In this document: positions 19,599 to 29,753 of the stretch, piece after piece | Layout: each line of letters begins with the position of its first letter | Numbering within the stretch: position 1 is the first letter of the stretch | NCBI GenBank assembly: GCA_004557185.1 | Contig: SFEP01000002.1 | Location: 8,672 to 72,671, forward strand | Reading direction: 5' to 3' | DNA: 64,000 nucleotides | Source of the DNA: Bacteroidales bacterium | GTDB lineage: Bacteria; Bacteroidota; Bacteroidia; Bacteroidales; Bacteroidaceae | The notes under the pieces: generated by a model | Database searches by the model: none | Told to the model about the DNA's origin: nothing | What the model saw: only the letters and a program-made list of their open reading frames with translations | Translations under genes and position numbers: made by a program

Positions 19599-20630
19599 AT
19601 GATTAACAGGGAACTTATCCGTCTGAAAGTGGTGCAACTGGTGTATGCCTACTATCAGAACGAAGGAAAGACCGTAGCGACGGCCGAGAAAGAACTTGAA
19701 TTTTCCATGCAAAAGGCTTACGACCTTTACCTCAACCTGCTCACACTGCTGTGCGACCTGCGCAACGTGGCCGAAAGCAAAGATGCCGTACGCCTGGCCC
19801 GCGAAAAACGCACGGGTGCGGCCGAGGGAGAGCAATCGCCCAACAGCCGATTTGCAGAAAACCGTTTCCTGCTACAACTGAATGCCAACCAGACGCTCAA
19901 CGAGTTCCGCGAGCAACGGCAGGAGCGCTGGGACGACGCAGAGGGCTTCGTGCGACGCCTCTACACCGAAATGACGGAGAGCGAAACCTTCATGCAATAC
20001 ATGGAGAACGGCGACTTCAGCTACGAGGCCGACCGCGAACTCATACGCAAACTCTACAAAACCTTCGTGGTGCCCAACGAGGAACTCGACGACATCATCG
20101 AGGGACACTCTCTCTACTGGAACGATGACCGCGAGGTGATTGACTCCTTTGTGCTGAAAACCATCAAGCGCTTCGACGAGAAGAACATGGAGGAGCAGGT
20201 GCTGCTGCCCATGTACGACAAAGAGGAGGACCACCAGTTTGCCATAGGCCTGTTCCGCGAAACGCTGCACCGCGGCCCCGAGTTGCGCCAGCTGATACGC
20301 GAGAACGCCAAGAACTGGGACTTCAACCGCATTGCCCTGATGGACCTCGTGATTACGCAAACGGCACTGGCCGAGGTGCTCACCTTCGACAGCATCCCCC
20401 TCAACATCACCTTCAGCGAGTACATCGACATAGCACGCTGCTACAGCACGCCCAAGAGTTATGCCTACGTGAACGGCATGCTCGACGGCATTGTGAAGCG
20501 CCTGCGCTCAGAGGGACGCACCACCAAGGAACGCATCATCACCAAGAAAGCGCACAAGCCCAACCCCAAGCGCGAGGCTGCCGCACAGAAGGCCGACGAA
20601 GCACAGGCCGACGAAACACAGGCCGAATGA
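19599..20630 (+). CDS. nusB: Transcription antitermination factor NusB
   Basis: MINRELIRLKVVQLVYAYY start; NWDFNRIALMD, EYIDIA..YSTPKS..YVNGMLD; -7 box at 19558. Confidence 0.93.
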   Translation: MINRELIRLKVVQLVYAYYQNEGKTVATAEKELEFSMQKAYDLYLNLLTLLCDLRNVAESKDAVRLAREKRTGAAEGEQSPNSRFAENRFLLQLNANQTLNEFREQRQERWDDAEGFVRRLYTEMTESETFMQYMENGDFSYEADRELIRKLYKTFVVPNEELDDIIEGHSLYWNDDREVIDSFVLKTIKRFDEKNMEEQVLLPMYDKEEDHQFAIGLFRETLHRGPELRQLIRENAKNWDFNRIALMDLVITQTALAEVLTFDSIPLNITFSEYIDIARCYSTPKSYAYVNGMLDGIVKRLRSEGRTTKERIITKKAHKPNPKREAAAQKADEAQADETQAE

Positions 20631-20703
20631 CCTGGCCGCAGGCTGCGCACACGACAAAAGCAGAGACATTTTTTCAAACCCCAACTCATAACCCTTTCAA
20701 CCC

Positions 20704-21006
20704 ATGAATCTTATTCCCCTTCAGGCTGCCGGCGCACAAGGCGGCGGTTTGCAGATGATAATCATGATGGTGGTACTTTTTGCCATTATGTACTTCTTCA
20801 TGATTCGTCCACAGCAGAAGAAACAAAAGGAACTGCAGAAAATGCGCGATGCCCTCAAGGTGGGCGACCGCGTGGTAACCAGCGGCGGCCTGCACGGCAC
20901 GGTGAGCAGCATCAACGAAGAGCAGCGTCTGGTAGTCATCAACGCTGACAAGGGCGTAAACCTCACCTTCTCAAAGGATGCCGTGACGCCCATCATCGAG
21001 AAATAA
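20704..21006 (+). CDS. yajC: Preprotein translocase subunit YajC
   Basis: YFFMIRPQQKKQK and LKVGDRVVTSGGLHG. Confidence 0.96.
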   Translation: MNLIPLQAAGAQGGGLQMIIMMVVLFAIMYFFMIRPQQKKQKELQKMRDALKVGDRVVTSGGLHGTVSSINEEQRLVVINADKGVNLTFSKDAVTPIIEK

Positions 21007-21027
21007 ATCACCGAGCATTCAACTCAC

Positions 21028-21060
21028 AGGGCAAAGGCTGCGGTCTTTGCCCTTGTTGTT
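21028..21060 (+). terminator. Hairpin terminator after yajC
   Basis: AGGGCAAAG...CTTTGCCCT followed by a T-rich tract. Confidence 0.55.
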
Positions 21061-21137
21061 TGCACACCATGTGGCCTTAGGCTCCCTATGCACGACAAAC
21101 GCGGCGGCGCAGCACGCCGCCTCTATCACACCGCACT

Positions 21138-22121
21138 ATGACACTCAAGAACGCCTCAAAGAAAGGTCTGGCCATGATTTGGAACAGGCAATTCTTCATC
21201 TTCCTGTTCTTCCTCGCGCTGTCGAGCGTGTTCTGGGCCATGCAGGCTCTCAACGAAACGTATGAGGAGGACTTCTACATTCCCCTGCGGCTGGAGGGTG
21301 TGCCGGGCAACGTGGTGGTGACCACCGAACTGCCCGCAGCACTGCACGTGAGGCTGCAGGACAAGGGCGTGAACCTCATAGCCTATCGCACAACCAACCG
21401 CTTCAAGGATATCAGCATCGACTTTGCCAACTATGCCAACGCCGCAGGGCACGTGATGCTGCCGGGCACGGAACTGATGAAGCAGGTGAACTCGCAACTG
21501 CTGCCCAGCACGCACGTGGTGGCTTACAAGCCCGACGCACTCGACTTCTACTACAACTACGGGCAGTGCAAACGTGTGCCCGTGGTGCTCACAGGGCATG
21601 TGTCGGCAGGCAAACTCTACTCGTTGGCGCAAATCAAATGTCCGCACGACTCGGTGACGGTGTATGCCACACGCGAGGTGCTCGACACCATTACCGGGGC
21701 TTACACGCAACCGCTGAACCTGCGCAACCTGACGGACACAATGCAGGTGAAGGCTACTTTCCAGGCGGTGAGAGGCGCCAAATTCGTGCCCGCTACCACG
21801 CAGGTGACCTTCTGCATAGACCGCATGGTGGAGAAAACGGTGCAGGTGCCTGTGCAGCAGGTGAATTTCCCCGCTGCCAAGCAACTACGCACCTTCCCCG
21901 GCTCGGTGAAGGTAACGTTCCAGGTGCCGATGGGCCTATACAGAAAGGTGACGGGCAACGACTTCGTGATTGTGGTAAACTACGAGGAACTGCTGCATAA
22001 CAAGACAAACATGTGCCGCCTGGCGCTGAAGAGTGTGCCGGCAGGTGCAAGCCACGTGCGCATCGTGCCGCAGGACGTGGAATTTGTGATAGAGGACGTA
22101 CCCGAAAATGAAATGGAATAG
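21138..22121 (+). CDS. YbbR/CdaR-like domain protein
   Basis: N-terminal TM FFIFLFFLALSSVFW; repeated beta domains (KRVPV, EKTVQVPV...RTFP); lies between yajC and coaE. Confidence 0.8.
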   Translation: MTLKNASKKGLAMIWNRQFFIFLFFLALSSVFWAMQALNETYEEDFYIPLRLEGVPGNVVVTTELPAALHVRLQDKGVNLIAYRTTNRFKDISIDFANYANAAGHVMLPGTELMKQVNSQLLPSTHVVAYKPDALDFYYNYGQCKRVPVVLTGHVSAGKLYSLAQIKCPHDSVTVYATREVLDTITGAYTQPLNLRNLTDTMQVKATFQAVRGAKFVPATTQVTFCIDRMVEKTVQVPVQQVNFPAAKQLRTFPGSVKVTFQVPMGLYRKVTGNDFVIVVNYEELLHNKTNMCRLALKSVPAGASHVRIVPQDVEFVIEDVPENEME

Positions 22122-22884
22122 GAACGAACCGGACACCCTCGTGCAAGTGCCCCCCGTGTTGCGCATAGGCATTACGGGGGGCATTGGCTCTGGTAAATCG
22201 TATGTGTGCCGGCAGCTGGAGGCTGTGGGGCATGAGGTATTCTACTGCGATGAGGAGGCGAAACGCATCATTCGCCACGATGCCACCGTGCAGCAGGCGC
22301 TGCGGCAACTGGTGGGGCACGAGGTGTATGACGCCGAAGGCCGCCTCGTGAAGCCCGTGCTGGCGGCTTATCTGTGCCGCGGCAGGGAGTATGCCGCCCA
22401 GGTGGATGCCATCGTGCATCCCCGTGTGGCCTTGGCTTTTGCCCAAAGGGCCTGGCTCAAAGCGCACAGGACTGCCACAGCCAGCGGCTCGGCAGCGGGC
22501 TGTCCCGCCCCGCCCTCGTGGACAGCGACACTGGGCGGGGTGGCACCGCAGGAGGTGCCGGCGGCACTGGGCGGGATACTGCCCGCCGCCCCCCGCATCT
22601 GCCCCACCCTGCAAGGCTGCACGCGGCCGCTAACACTGACGCCTGCCGACCTGCAGCAACTCGACCCCGACACGACGCTGTTCATGGAATGTGCGCTGCT
22701 CTATGAGTCGCACTTCGACCATCTGGTGCACCGCGTGCTGATGGTGGACGCTCCGCTGGACGTGAGGCTGCAACGCGTGATGGCTCGCGACAAGGTGAGC
22801 GAAGAGAAGGCGAGGGCATGGATGGCGCTGCAAATGGACGACAGCGAGAAACGGAGCCGCGCCGACTGGGTGGTGCAGAACTGA
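22108..22884 (+). CDS. coaE: Dephospho-CoA kinase with an internal insertion
   Basis: IGITGGIGSGKS P-loop, IVHP, E.ALLYES, RLQRVMARD, ADWVVQN. Confidence 0.9.
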   Translation: MKWNRNEPDTLVQVPPVLRIGITGGIGSGKSYVCRQLEAVGHEVFYCDEEAKRIIRHDATVQQALRQLVGHEVYDAEGRLVKPVLAAYLCRGREYAAQVDAIVHPRVALAFAQRAWLKAHRTATASGSAAGCPAPPSWTATLGGVAPQEVPAALGGILPAAPRICPTLQGCTRPLTLTPADLQQLDPDTTLFMECALLYESHFDHLVHRVLMVDAPLDVRLQRVMARDKVSEEKARAWMALQMDDSEKRSRADWVVQN

Positions 22885-23080
22885 CGACATGCTGGCTGGG
22901 CGGTAGGCTACGCTGGGCCGGGCTTTACCAATGAGTCAAAGCATGTGCTTGGCTGGCTGTAGTGTTTTCCATCATTATCCTAAGCATTTGCTACGCTGGT
23001 CCGGGCATTAGCCACGCGGACCAGAGCGTTGGCCACGCTGGCCAGGGCATTTTCCACACCTGCCAAGGCTTTTCCACACT
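22885..23080. repeat. Degenerate 21-bp tandem array downstream of coaE
   Basis: Units at 22984, 23005, 23026, 23047 and 23068 (approx. GCATTnGCCACGCTGGCCAGG); related GCTACGCTGG at 22907. Confidence 0.6.
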
Positions 23081-23120
23081 TCATGCCGCAAGGTGCTCTG
23101 TAGCCATCCCGGCCATAATG

Positions 23121-23180
23121 AAAGCGCGAGGGGCGCACCGTGAGATGTTCACAATCTCAGGTGCGCCCCTCGCGCTTTTT
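23121..23180. terminator. Bidirectional terminator between convergent genes
   Basis: AAAGCGCGAGGGGCGCACC...GGTGCGCCCCTCGCGCTTTTT. Confidence 0.8.
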
Positions 23181-23201
23181 GGGCATTGCGCCGTAGAGCG
23201 C

Positions 23202-26200
23202 TTAGAAGTAGAACTTGGTACCGAGCATCAGATGCACTTCGCCCTCGGCGGGGTGGGTGGTTTCAAACTCGATTTTCTTGGACGATATGCTGGCCTGCGG
23301 CTCGAAGTAAACCTCGATGAGGCGACTCACGCGGCAACCGAGCTGCATGGAGGCCTGGAAACCGAAGCCCTTCATGGTAGGCCACCAGTTGTAGCGACGG
23401 TTGATGGTGTAGATGGGACCCACAGCCGTGGTTAACTGGAAGAGCTTGTGCTCGGTGCTCTCACCCGTGAGGGCGGCACGGATGTTGGTGATGTACTCGA
23501 TATGTACGATGTTGTTCACGCTGTTGCCCTTGCCACTGCGCTGCACGGCGGTGCGGCTGTAACCACCCCTGATGCCATGCACATTGCCAAACCAGCGACC
23601 ATAGCAGAGGTCGGCGGGCAGCGTGAGCTTGCGCTTGATGGGGTTGATGGTGTTGATGTTACCCGTGTAGAGGCCGACACCGATGCCCGTCTGCACGAAG
23701 TTCTTGCGCTCTACGTCGCTGAACTGGCGCTCGGAGCGCTTCACACGCTGGAAACCGTAGTCAATACCGAGCATGGCCGTGGGAGCAAGACGCTCGCGGC
23801 GCTCGCCAACACGCTGGGTGAAACGGTAGGGCAACTGGCCCTCAAGATAGACGTTGACGTTGGGCGACACGCGGAAGGAGAGTTGGGCCCCCACGTGAAG
23901 GTCAAACAATGCGTTCTTGTCGCCCTCAACAGTATAGTCGCCGCCCACGTTGAAACCGCCTAAGGCTATCACGTTGACAAGGCGCTCGGGGTTATAGCCC
24001 AAGGTGTGTGCCGTGAGGTCGGTAAGGAGGTCGCCTCCCAGCGAGCCTTCGCAGTAGCGATGGGCACTGCCAAGGATGCTCGATGCCTTCACGTTGGCAC
24101 GCCATGCGCTGTAAGGATTGAACCAGCTGACGTAGCTGAGGCGTGCAGTGGGGGCATACCATGACTTGTCGCCCAGATAACGGGCCGGGGCATACATACC
24201 GCCAGCCACAGAGATGTAGCTGCGGTGACCGTGCTCCTGATAGAGGGGCCTGTCGTGCTCGGTCTCCGCACCGCGCATGTTCACTTTGATACCGGCAAGG
24301 AGGTCGGCCACGGGGTCAACACTACGTTGCATGGGGTTGGGAGCGAAGTGGCTGTTGTAGATGCGTATCTGCGGCTCTACGTAGACGGAGAGCATCTTGG
24401 TGATGTGCGCCTCAGCCTGCAAGCCGCCTTGCACCATGAAGTAGGGCGCGCCCTTGCTGCCGTAGTTGGTGCGCTTGCTCATGCCCAGACCAAGCAGGGC
24501 ATAGAGGTCGAACCAGCGCTTGTGGCGTACGCCCAAGAAGGAGTTGGTCACGTGGAACATGTAGTCGGCACCCACCGTGATGCTGCGGAATTTGTCAACA
24601 GAGCCCGTTTGGTACTGGCCAAAGCGGCCCCATACGCGAGCACCGTGCAGAGAGGTGAACCACTGGCCAAAACCGAGATGGGCCACATAGCCTAAGTAGT
24701 CGAAAGGATGCTGGAAGACGGTGCGCGAACCTACCCAGCCCGTACCGCCGGCTATTTCGAGGAACATGTTGTCGCGCCAGCTCTTGCGCTCAAACTCGTC
24801 GGGCGAACGGCGCAGGTCGAAGCCCTTGCGGAAGTCGCTATTGATGGTCAAACCTGCCAGCATGGAGGTGGCTACTTCGTAACGCGAGGTGTTGATGCCC
24901 GGTGTAGCGCCGGTTTTGTAAAGCTCGAGACGGGGCTCTACGTAGAAGTCGAGGCCCTGCATGAGGCGCACGTTGGCCTGGATGCCTCCCACGTAGCCGA
25001 GTTCCGTATCGTTGAAGTAGTTGTTGTGGAAATGCTTCAATTCCAAACCGGCGAGGGCGTTGAAACTGACGCGACGGTCGTTGCGGTAGCCAGCGAAGAA
25101 GTTGGAGAGGTTGAACATGTAGTCCAATTCGCCAGCCACGTAACGCAGGAAGCGTTGCTCATAGGGCCTTTCGGGCACACGCTGGAAACCGCCACGCTCG
25201 GTGCGACCACCGTACATGCCGAGGCGCACACCGTTGTAGCGGCCGAACCATTTACCCACACCGAGGTAGCCGAGCACGCCGCGGTTGTTTTTCCAGCTTC
25301 CGGGCAAGGCGTTCACCACAAACGTGGGGCCTGCGGCCGTGGAGAGGAACCAGTTTTCAAAGAACTTCTTCGAGAAGGTTTGGTCAAACGAGCGTTCCTC
25401 CTGCTCCATACGGCGGAAGCCCAAACCTGCCATGATTTCGGCATAGGGGCGCATCTGGTGCCAGGTGGGCAGCTGCGTGACGCCGTTCGACAATACGCCG
25501 ACACGGGGCTCTACGTACAGATAATTATAACGCATCAGCTTGACCTGGCTGCGAAGGCCCACGTGCACACCGAAGCCAAAGTCTCTGTTTCCATGACTGT
25601 TGGAGACGGACACATCGGCACCGAAGACACCGTGCATCTCGAAGCGGCGCGGCTTCATGTAGTCGGGACGTGCCACAGAGTGCAGGTTGAGCGTATAGTC
25701 CAAGCCGATGCCTACGAAGCGGGTGCGCTGTTCGACCATGCGGTAACGACCTCCCTTGATGGTGAGGCGAGCACCGTGTTCGGGCGTGAACCATTTACCA
25801 AGGGCTGCCTCGCCCTGCGCACCAAACTGGTGTATCATGCGGGTGGCCATGAAGTTGACACCAAAGCCGCCTTCAAAGTAGAGATGCTCTGCCCAGCCTT
25901 TGTTGGCAAAATGCTTCGCGATGTTGGGGTTGCCCATCATGTAGTAGACAGCACCGAGGGAGTCCTTGGGGGCAACGGTGTCGAGGTCAATGGGAATGAT
26001 GGTGCGCGGACGCCACTTATTTGCTTCCACATCCTGATATTCCTTGATGCGACGCTGCAGTTCCCAATAATCCTCAACTGCCTGGAAGTTGAAGCTGAAG
26101 GGGGGCTCTTTCTTTTCGGCTTTCGGTTCCTTCTGCTTGCGCTTCTTCTTGCCGCCTTGAATGCTGTCGGTGGGGATGCCGCTGCTTTTCACGCTTTGAG

Positions 26201-26495
26201 TGATCACAGCAGAGTCGGCTTGCACGGCCTTGTCATCAGTTTTGCGGCGTTTGCGCTTCGATGCTTTGGCCTCCTTGCCAGCAACGGCTTTCGCGGTGGT
26301 GTCGGCGGCCTCAGCTTGCGTTACCACAGCTTGCGTTACCACAGCCGTATCCTGCCGCAAGCTATCGGCCACCTGCTGCGCTACGGCCTGAAGGGAGAAT
26401 CCACAGGCCAGAGCACCAACAGCCAGCATTCTGTGTAGTTTATGCTGCAAATACATGTCTTTGCAAATATCTTTGTTTCGTGTTGTTTGGTTCAT
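23202..26495 (-). CDS. Outer-membrane protein with five tandem OmpA-type beta-barrel domains
   Basis: Five repeats of G(K/Q/R)WF...G.R / DY..N / Y.EP / ..G... motifs; C-terminal TKFYF beta-signal; signal peptide followed by a Lys-rich linker. Confidence 0.8.
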   Translation of the reverse strand: MNQTTRNKDICKDMYLQHKLHRMLAVGALACGFSLQAVAQQVADSLRQDTAVVTQAVVTQAEAADTTAKAVAGKEAKASKRKRRKTDDKAVQADSAVITQSVKSSGIPTDSIQGGKKKRKQKEPKAEKKEPPFSFNFQAVEDYWELQRRIKEYQDVEANKWRPRTIIPIDLDTVAPKDSLGAVYYMMGNPNIAKHFANKGWAEHLYFEGGFGVNFMATRMIHQFGAQGEAALGKWFTPEHGARLTIKGGRYRMVEQRTRFVGIGLDYTLNLHSVARPDYMKPRRFEMHGVFGADVSVSNSHGNRDFGFGVHVGLRSQVKLMRYNYLYVEPRVGVLSNGVTQLPTWHQMRPYAEIMAGLGFRRMEQEERSFDQTFSKKFFENWFLSTAAGPTFVVNALPGSWKNNRGVLGYLGVGKWFGRYNGVRLGMYGGRTERGGFQRVPERPYEQRFLRYVAGELDYMFNLSNFFAGYRNDRRVSFNALAGLELKHFHNNYFNDTELGYVGGIQANVRLMQGLDFYVEPRLELYKTGATPGINTSRYEVATSMLAGLTINSDFRKGFDLRRSPDEFERKSWRDNMFLEIAGGTGWVGSRTVFQHPFDYLGYVAHLGFGQWFTSLHGARVWGRFGQYQTGSVDKFRSITVGADYMFHVTNSFLGVRHKRWFDLYALLGLGMSKRTNYGSKGAPYFMVQGGLQAEAHITKMLSVYVEPQIRIYNSHFAPNPMQRSVDPVADLLAGIKVNMRGAETEHDRPLYQEHGHRSYISVAGGMYAPARYLGDKSWYAPTARLSYVSWFNPYSAWRANVKASSILGSAHRYCEGSLGGDLLTDLTAHTLGYNPERLVNVIALGGFNVGGDYTVEGDKNALFDLHVGAQLSFRVSPNVNVYLEGQLPYRFTQRVGERRERLAPTAMLGIDYGFQRVKRSERQFSDVERKNFVQTGIGVGLYTGNINTINPIKRKLTLPADLCYGRWFGNVHGIRGGYSRTAVQRSGKGNSVNNIVHIEYITNIRAALTGESTEHKLFQLTTAVGPIYTINRRYNWWPTMKGFGFQASMQLGCRVSRLIEVYFEPQASISSKKIEFETTHPAEGEVHLMLGTKFYF

Positions 26496-26624
26496 TGTAG
26501 GCGGTTCGTTTTACCGTTCATCTCTTCTTCCACAGCCCTTTGCATCAAGCAGTAGCAGCGTGGGTTTGCCGTGAATAGGGGTAACTGCACTTGCTGACAT
26601 AGCGTGGCTGTCGGCACGGCAGCG

Positions 26625-29027
26625 CTATTTATTAGATGTTTCGTGACTTTCCTGTATTTCTCGCTGGAACTGCTTGATGATGCTCTGAGGCACTTTGGCA
26701 GGCGGGAGTTTGGTGGGGTCAATCTTTTCTTGACCATACTTGCGTCCGTCCTTGGCTTTCACCTCTTCTGGGAGGAGGTCGTAGATGTCAGCATCGCCGA
26801 GGGAGTATGCTTCAAGCGTAGGATCCATCTTGATGGCTTTCCTGTAAGCGGCCTTGGCCACTTCCTTATGTCCACAGCGGTTGTTGCAAATAGCCTTGAG
26901 GTAGTATGATACTGCATCGAGGCTGTCGAGGTCGGCACAACGCTCAAGAGCGGCCTCGTTCTTCTTACAATAGAGCAGGAAAGCCACTTCGTTGCGTGCA
27001 CCGGTTTCGCTGATATAATTCAAGAAGTCGACCTTGTGCCACTCGGACTGGTTGGAGGCGCCTTCGTATTGCTGCGGGGTACGCATCTTTCCGTTGGGAT
27101 CGAAGTAACCATAACGTTGGTTATTCAAGGCACCCACCACCACATGAACCATGCGGGTATCGTCGTCATAGGGCAGGTAGTGATAGGCCACGATGCGAGC
27201 GGAGTCGGCACGCGCCTCCCTTACAAGCGCAATGATGTAGTTGGCCACCAGTGCCTTGTATTCATTGATATGCTGCTTGTGCTCGGGTGTACCGATGTAG
27301 CCAGCCAGAAGCGAAGCGTCAGGCGTGCCGCGCTTGTTCAGTTCCACAGTGAGGTCGTTGGCAGCCATGCGGGCATCTCGCTTGCCCCTATACTCCTTTA
27401 CGGCGTCCTGCATTTGGCGGAAACGCTGCTCCTCATCAGGCTCATTCTTATATAAGGTGTAATAGAGCGGGAGGGTCATCATCAAATGCGTGGTGTCGGC
27501 CTCATACTTCTGCTTCACCTCATCATAATTAAGGATGCGGCTTTCGGTAAACTCCAATTCATAATCCACGCGACGCAATTGCGGGAGGTAGCGCTCTTTG
27601 ATAATGTTGTAATAGGGTTTCCTGGCAATGAGAGCACCCTGTGTGCCAATAAAGCTGTTTTCTTTCACAATGGCCTCCACTTCGTCGGCCTCGGTGAGCA
27701 ACGAGTCGCGACGCATGAGTACGGCCACAGTGTCCCATCCTGCCACATACGACTTCTGCTTACGTTCGTACCCGCCACCTGCAATGCGTTGCAGGGCATT
27801 CAGTGCCGAACGCAGGCGGTCGTCACTGAGTTTGAGGTTGCGCTCATAGTTACCCTCAGGCGAGGACGTGGCTTTGAGCGTCACGCCCAGCAGTTTGCCG
27901 TCATTCGAACGGATTCTGTTCATCTTGGCCGCAATCTTCTCAAGTTCGGCCATATTCAAGGAGTCGAGCGCCAGTTCCGACTTACCTACTTCGAAGTGCA
28001 GATTAGCCTTATCACTGGCACTCTGTACGCTCAATGTTTGCGGCACATCAAAGTATTCGGGCAACTCAAGACCCTCACAAGCAAAGTCAAACCAATGCAA
28101 GGGGTCAGAAATACCGGTACTTACAAGGTCCTTCTGCCCCCAGAAGATGCGGTTATAATCTTCGTAGAACAACCACTGATATTGCCTCGGGTTAGCGTCG
28201 GGCGCCAGTTTGATGCTATCGCGCACCTCCAAGGAGTAACAAAGCAGGTCGCCCACCGTGTCCGTCTTACAGTCTTTCAGTCGATGCACGGTGCCGCCAT
28301 ATCGCTTCATGAAGATGTTGAGCGAGTCGCCGAAGAGCGCGTTTTCCTTATCAAAAGCGTATTGACGGTTCTGCGTTTTATAGAACTCCTCAGCCTCTAC
28401 ACTGATAGGATGGCCGAAGTAGAAGGTATCGGGCAACACGAGAAATGGCTGCACTACAGCACGCATATTCTTCTTGAACTCAGCTTTGGGGCAGCGCCAT
28501 GTAACAGAATAATAAATCGTACCGTCGGCACCTCTGTCAAGGGCGGTTTTATCGAATGAGGGCACATCGGTTATCTTGAGCCCCTTCTTGGTTGCTTGCT
28601 TGAAGCCTTGCGTCTCGTCGGCCACAATCAATTCAACTTCCACCTTCACCTGATCGCGTGTCACTTTCTCGGATTTCGGCTTATACAGCGACCTCACCAC
28701 TTCACGCTGCGACTTCATGTCAAAATCCGTGTACGTGGGACCTATAAACACCAACTCTGTGTCAAACTTTGGCACCGTCACTTCCAGTTCACCATCGGCG
28801 TTGGTTTTGCCAAGTTCTTTCTGCAAGCGTTTATCTTTTACAGTAATACCGTCGGCCTCAGTTTTTTCAGCGACCTTTCCTTTTTTGTCAAGTGTTACTG
28901 ACCACACTTTCACGCGGAGCACTTTCTGATTTTGTGCATGCACGCCGACAAACAGCAAGCAAGTGCAGAGCAGCACCAGCATGCGCAATATATTTTGTTG
29001 CAGAGACTTCATAACAAGCAAATTCAT
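26625..29027 (-). CDS. Exported protein with an OmpA-like C-domain and TPR tail
   Basis: LHFEVGKSEL...SSPEGNYERNLKLSDDR...LPQLRRVDY (OmpA-C-like); C-terminal YYLKAIC...YRKAIKMDP TPR; signal peptide. Confidence 0.72.
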   Translation of the reverse strand: MNLLVMKSLQQNILRMLVLLCTCLLFVGVHAQNQKVLRVKVWSVTLDKKGKVAEKTEADGITVKDKRLQKELGKTNADGELEVTVPKFDTELVFIGPTYTDFDMKSQREVVRSLYKPKSEKVTRDQVKVEVELIVADETQGFKQATKKGLKITDVPSFDKTALDRGADGTIYYSVTWRCPKAEFKKNMRAVVQPFLVLPDTFYFGHPISVEAEEFYKTQNRQYAFDKENALFGDSLNIFMKRYGGTVHRLKDCKTDTVGDLLCYSLEVRDSIKLAPDANPRQYQWLFYEDYNRIFWGQKDLVSTGISDPLHWFDFACEGLELPEYFDVPQTLSVQSASDKANLHFEVGKSELALDSLNMAELEKIAAKMNRIRSNDGKLLGVTLKATSSPEGNYERNLKLSDDRLRSALNALQRIAGGGYERKQKSYVAGWDTVAVLMRRDSLLTEADEVEAIVKENSFIGTQGALIARKPYYNIIKERYLPQLRRVDYELEFTESRILNYDEVKQKYEADTTHLMMTLPLYYTLYKNEPDEEQRFRQMQDAVKEYRGKRDARMAANDLTVELNKRGTPDASLLAGYIGTPEHKQHINEYKALVANYIIALVREARADSARIVAYHYLPYDDDTRMVHVVVGALNNQRYGYFDPNGKMRTPQQYEGASNQSEWHKVDFLNYISETGARNEVAFLLYCKKNEAALERCADLDSLDAVSYYLKAICNNRCGHKEVAKAAYRKAIKMDPTLEAYSLGDADIYDLLPEEVKAKDGRKYGQEKIDPTKLPPAKVPQSIIKQFQREIQESHETSNK

Positions 29028-29201
29028 ATCTAATCAATTAATATAGAACGGCGCCACACCTTAACGCGGCTTGGGGTTACGCAGCGGGCGGCATGTTGGC
29101 CTCTCGCAGGCCTCCTTATCACCCACATTATTTTGGGAGCAAAAAGTTCTGAGGGGCTCAGCACTGATGGATGCGAAACCACCAGCCGCGCCCGTTGTTT
29201 T

Positions 29202-29753
29202 TTATTTCATCACATACACGAACGACACGCCGAGCTTGACAACGGGAAGGATTTTCTTGTTGTTAGGGTCGTAAGTCATAGGGTCGTTTTCGCCGCGGTA
29301 GGTGTTGTCGCGGGCGTAGGCGGCGCCGAGACCGGCAGTGGTTTCAAGGCTCCAGTGCGTGCTGAGCACCCAACTGTAGCCGTAGGTTACGCCGGCGCCG
29401 AAGCCCTCGCCTATGTGGTTCCAATTCTTGGTGCGGTAGTCGTAGGACGAGGCAAACGCCATGACGCCCACAAAGTGCTGCGACTGCGGGCGGGCATTAA
29501 ACCAATAGCGAACTTCGGGATTGGCCACAATGTTGCGGGCGTGAAAACGGCCTTTGTGCAGATAGGTGCCTATCACTTCCACATTCAGCGTGTAGTGCGG
29601 GGTAAGGCGGAACTCCACTCCGAGGTTAGGGTGCGCTACAGCCCAGTACAAGGCATTCGTCTTCAATGATACGCGCTGTGCCTGTGCCACTTGCATTCCA
29701 GACCCCAGCAGTATCACGCATGCCATGCAGCGCTTCATCATTTTTAGGCGCAT
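29202..29753 (-). CDS. DUF3575 family outer-membrane beta-barrel protein
   Basis: LKTNALYW..PNLGVE, PEVRYWF, G.G.GAGVTYGY, WSLE...GLG, KLGVSFVY; -7 box TAATTTTG at 29917-29924. Confidence 0.9.
   Translation of the reverse strand: MRLKMMKRCMACVILLGSGMQVAQAQRVSLKTNALYWAVAHPNLGVEFRLTPHYTLNVEVIGTYLHKGRFHARNIVANPEVRYWFNARPQSQHFVGVMAFASSYDYRTKNWNHIGEGFGAGVTYGYSWVLSTHWSLETTAGLGAAYARDNTYRGENDPMTYDPNNKKILPVVKLGVSFVYVMK

Noticed and set aside
22445..22675. Intein in coaE
   Set aside because: Too short, and lacks the N-terminal C/S block and C-terminal HN motif.
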